64,000 bases of DNA from Moniliella sp. 'wahieum' (Eukaryota): the NCBI GenBank assembly GCA_003971905.1, contig RSEE01000062.1:186001-250000 (forward strand). Direction: 5' to 3'. The notes under the pieces were generated by a model. That model worked only from the letters and a program-made list of their open reading frames with translations, was not told the DNA's origin and ran no database searches. Position 1 is the first letter of the stretch, and the number at the start of each line of letters is the position of its first letter. Shown piece by piece: positions 59,995 to 64,000 of the stretch. A program made the translations under genes and the position numbers.

Positions 59995-62670
59995 TTAGGC
60001 AAGCAAGTCAGCGGGAAACCCAGCAAAGTCGACTTGGTGTTGCTTGTTCTCGGCCCGGGCAAGGAGATCCGAAGGCGAGCTTGATGCTCCCTCCGGCCGG
60101 GGCGAGGACGCGCATCAGTTGGGTCGCCTCGGCTCCAGGAGCAAGCGAAGTAGCCGATAACGGCTGCATCTGCAGTTTCTGCGAGCGCGGCACCGCAGCT
60201 TGGAACGCCAACTGCTCCAACGCTTCGGACTGATTGGTAAACCGAGCAGCATCACCACTGCCTTCTTGCTCGCGTCCACACGCGGACTCAGGGTGATGGT
60301 CAGACCATCGGCAGTGAACGCAGTGTACTCGGTAGGCTCAGCTGCCGCCACAGCTGGCGTCGGGGTAGGAGCAGGCACGGCAGGCACGGCCGTGGGCATG
60401 GGCGTGGGGAGGAGGTGCCGCCCAAGCCGAGGAGGTCGAGCGCATCCATTGTCGCGGGCGCTGGAGGAGCAGTCGAAGCCATGGCAGGGGCGGGCGTGGC
60501 AGCCGGAGCAGCAGCAGCGGGGCCGGAACCAAAGAGGGAGAGAAGGTCGTCTTTGGTGCTGCTGCTGGTCTGCGGGGCCGGTGCAGGCGCCGACGGCCCC
60601 GAACCAAAGATATCCAACAGCAGGTCTTGGGTCGACTGCTGTAGCAGCCGCCGGGGCGAGCTGCCGGCAACTGGGGCAGGGAAGGCAGTGTCTTCCCCCA
60701 GCAAATCGAGAGGTTACTTTCTCCGTTGCTTGGGGCAGGAGCAGCAGAAGAAGCAGAAGCGGCAGGCGCTGGGGCCAACTCGGTAAGTGGGTCCCGACGT
60801 GGCTCCGGCAGCGGCATGCTTTCCAGCACGGCAGTCGTCACATCGTGCTTGGGGAGGTGGAGAAGGGCAGAGAGCTCGACGGCACGCTGTTGCACATCGA
60901 GCTCGACGGTGGCACGGTAAGTGGCCAACAGCGCCTCAATCCGAGCCACTTCATCGGTGCTTCCATCCGGGAGGCGCACACTGAGTTTGGCCAGGGCAAC
61001 CAGCACAAACTGTCGAACTTTTTCTGTGGCGTAGGGCGAGCCGAGGAGGGTAGCCAGCAGATCCACCGCCATCGCTCCCGTCACGGCCTGGGTCAGGTCG
61101 GCGTCGTCCTTGTCCTGGGCTTCCGCGCTGGTAAGTGGGGCAAGGAGAAGGTCACCGTATTCGCCCACAGCCCAGACAGCCGCAATGGTCAGCGCCTCTT
61201 GGCTCAGGTCGCGGTGTAACGCAGCAAACAGTTTCTTCACGGCGTATGCCTGCAGTTCGGTGTGCTCAGCAATGAGGCGCAACATTCCGCTCAGACGTCT
61301 TCCCGCACATAAGCGCCAGCAAGGACAAGCATGCGAAGGGCTGTGTCGAGATGCCAGCGTGCACTAGGTGCAAAGCGCACACTAGCAATCCAAAGCTGAA
61401 GCGTTAGCGTAGTCTTGAACTCATTGTCGGCCACCTCGAGGAAAGAGAGAAGCTCGCGCGCCAACACACGCACATTGGCGGCAGTGATGAGGGCATAGGT
61501 GAGCTCGAGGGCGCGGCGGCGGATGGAAATGTCACCGTCACGGAGACAGTCGAGGACGATGGCACGGTGGCGCTGAACAGCGTTGGTGTCGATAGAGACT
61601 TGTTGAGGGTGTTGAGGGCAACGTAGCGGATATTGTTGTCGCGGTTGCTGAGGAACTTACCCAGGATGTTGATGGCCATGACGCGCAAACCATTTTCTGC
61701 ATCAATGTCGAGCACAGTGCGTACGGTCTCGTAGAGGAATGGCGTTTCCGACGTTCTTTGAGGCCTCGGTGTTGGTGGCAACCTGAGCAAGGATGTCGTT
61801 GATGCGCTCAGAAGTGACGCGGTCGCCGTGGCCAAGCACGCGAAGGAGACGCAGAATCTGGACCTGCAAGAAAGGATCGGTGATGCCGTTGACGTCATGC
61901 TCCGGCGAATAGCCCGTGGTACGAGGTTCTTGAGCGTGCGCACGAGATGGGGCACACAGGCGCGGAGACTTTCCATGCTGGCATTCGTCTCGTCGCCGGC
62001 AATGAGGGCGAGGGCAGCGTGGCGGCAGAGCATCACGCCGTGGTTCTTGTCGCTGAGGAGGGTGCGTGTGCGGGGCAGGAAATGGTCAATAAGGTCGGGC
62101 ACCTTACGCACCACACGGAGCGCACAGAGCAGCCTTGCGGCGCAGGTAGGCGTTGCTCGAGCCGAGCAGCGTCTCGATCTCGTGGCTGAGGTCGCGCGAC
62201 ATTTCTTCGGACGCAATGTCGCCGAAGGTGCAGAGGGCAAGGCCAACGATGTACATGTTGCTGTGGTTGAGGTCATTCTTGAGGCCGTTGGTGAGCAGCG
62301 TCAGCACCTCGGTGCTCTCGTCGAGCAGGAGCATGATGCCGAGGTAGCCGAGGCGCTTGTCGGCAAAGCGCGGGGAGGCGACGAGCTTCAGACACTCGAT
62401 CTGGCCAAAGTGGGCGGGGTAGCCGAGCATGTAGATGTAGAGGAGCTTGGCGATGTTGTTGTGGCGGGCAAACGAGTCCTCGTCGCGGAAGGCGGCGCGG
62501 ATGGCGGCGCTTTCCTTCTGGATGAGGCTGCGCTCGTCGGCGAGCGTCTTGCAGGCGCGGATGGCCTTGATGAGCGCCTTGAGGTTGTAGAGGCCGGCGC
62601 TGGCGAGCAGGCCGCCGAGGCGGGGGTCGAGCGCAGCGACCTGCTGCTGCCGCGCAAAGAAGGTCGACAT
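59995..62670 (-). CDS. APL4: AP-1 adaptor complex gamma subunit
   Basis: [93 protein letters not shown]-type hinge, ear domain [17 protein letters not shown]. Confidence 0.96.
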
Positions 62671-62920
62671 GCGGAGCGGTGGGGGCGACGGAGGCGATGG
62701 GGATGGTGGGGACGACGGCGGCGATGGCGACGGCGTGGAGGCCACGACGGCGCGGGTGGAGCAGCCCAGCCGCCGCCGCACCGCTGAGCTCACCGGTCGC
62801 CCGCCCGGCGCGCTTCCGCCCGGCGCCCATTCCGCCCGCGCGCTTCCGCCTGCTTCCGCCCCTTCCGCCCGGCCCGTCGAGGGTTACGTCGAGCGCCGAG
62901 CGCATCCATCCGTCGCCGCC

Positions 62921-64000
62921 ATGCCCAGCGACGCGCCCACCATGCCCTCCGACGCGCCCGGCGACGACAAGTACGGCTACCGCCCCGCCCGCGGGTGGCC
63001 GCGGCGTGGCGGCCGCGGCGGCCGCTCGGCTGGTCGCGCGACGACCCCGCCGCCCGCGACGCCGCCTGGCTCGCGCGCTTCCGCCGCATCGTCCTCAACC
63101 TCGGCGAGCCCGCCGACTTTCATGCGGCGAGCGAGATGTACGCCATCGCCGCCGAGCTCGTCGATGGCACTGCCGCTGCCTCCTCCAAGGCCACGCCCAC
63201 CATCACCAAGGCCTTCCTCGCCGCCGTCACCGAGCAGCCCCACAAGCATCCGCTCCTCCTCGCCCTCCTCTGCGTGCTTGCCTACACCCCCCCCGCGCCG
63301 CGCCGCCCGCTCGAGAGAGGGCCTGGGTGTGCCCCCGCCGGACCTTGCCCCCGACCAGACCGCTGTGGATTTGAAGGAGGCCATTATCGATGCCATGCTT
63401 CGCGCCTTCCGCTCGTTCTTGGACCAACGCTTCTGGCGCTCGGTCCGTCTCCAGGTTCGCTTCTTTGCCCTTATGGCCGGCGTCGGCCTTTTGGACCGTG
63501 CCTCGCTTCTTTCTTTGCTGGCCGCGTTTGCTGCCGTGCTCGGTGAACCGGCGGTTACCGCTGCACGCGGTGATTGGGCCGCCGAAGTCATTATCGAGGC
63601 GTTACTCTTTGCCGGGCCTTACCTCGCTTTCTCGCGCCCTTCTGGCTTACCCGACGACGCCAACGCCGACGAAACTGAGTCGCACCCCGCCCATGGCAGT
63701 GGCGCTGCAGACTTGGATCCCCTTGTCGACGCCGTGACTGCATATGATCAGGCGCGGCGTGTGTCGCAGGAACTGGTTGTGCCTTTTTCCGAGGACGCGG
63801 ACGTGCCCCATCTAGTGACCGAATCGTTTGGGTCCAAAGTGCATGCGCTCACCACGATGCGCACCCTCCGCTTCCCCCATCTTCCGTTCCTCCCGCATCT
63901 CGCCGCCTCGTTCCGCCCGATACGGCATCTCGGTTGCAACAAGCCGCCACCTCGGCCATTGCCGCTCAGGTACCGAGACGCTTATCCCGCCCGAATCGGA
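62921..64000 (+). CDS. CBP80: Nuclear cap-binding complex large subunit (MIF4G), 5' part, runs off the window
   Basis: Basic N-terminus, RRIVLNLGE, AAVTEQPHKHP, FRSFLDQRFWRSVRLQVRFFA, consistent with fungal Cbp80/Sto1. Confidence 0.75.
   Translation, partial: MPSDAPTMPSDAPGDDKYGYRPARGWPRRGGRGGRSAGRATTPPPATPPGSRASAASSSTSASPPTFMRRARCTPSPPSSSMALPLPPPRPRPPSPRPSSPPSPSSPTSIRSSSPSSACLPTPPPRRAARSREGLGVPPPDLAPDQTAVDLKEAIIDAMLRAFRSFLDQRFWRSVRLQVRFFALMAGVGLLDRASLLSLLAAFAAVLGEPAVTAARGDWAAEVIIEALLFAGPYLAFSRPSGLPDDANADETESHPAHGSGAADLDPLVDAVTAYDQARRVSQELVVPFSEDADVPHLVTESFGSKVHALTTMRTLRFPHLPFLPHLAASFRPIRHLGCNKPPPRPLPLRYRDAYPARIG

Noticed and set aside
3808..64000. Frameshifts in nearly all conserved genes, read as pseudogenisation or programmed frameshifting
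   Set aside because: They hit essential genes (myosin II, CDC23, APL4, importin), are mostly single-base losses often in runs, and leave motifs intact. This is the signature of sequencing or assembly error.

Overview
Eukaryotic (fungal, most likely basidiomycete; the Ras2 sequence resembles smut-type Ras2) genomic DNA with GT-AG introns. Frequent single-base indels break almost every conserved gene and look like unpolished long-read errors. Two GC-rich housekeeping blocks are present: ~1-15.4 kb (hypothetical gene, EXO5, PRS, an atypical protein kinase, a GT15 mannosyltransferase) and ~35.7-64 kb (myosin II, NHP6, RAS2, importin-7/8-like, CDC23, AP-1 gamma adaptin, CBP80 5' part). Between them lies an accessory region (~16-35 kb) with a decayed Copia relic, an intact-looking Ty1/Copia element (21617-26675, identical 160-bp LTRs), solo LTRs with 5-bp target-site duplications and orphan genes. 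A second accessory patch (~46-53 kb) holds tRNA-Tyr, a solo LTR and an aberrant tRNA-like gene. Best candidate for a new system: the intact Copia element has gag and pol in one frame separated by a single UAG. Its primer-binding site is not an iMet type but is complementary to the spliced anticodon arm of the intron-containing tRNA-Tyr(GUA) in this same window, so one tRNA species may both prime reverse transcription as a half-tRNA and read through the UAG. Also notable: a WNK-like catalytic-lysine shift in a SAP/HeH-bearing kinase, and two related solo LTRs each sitting just upstream of a tRNA gene.
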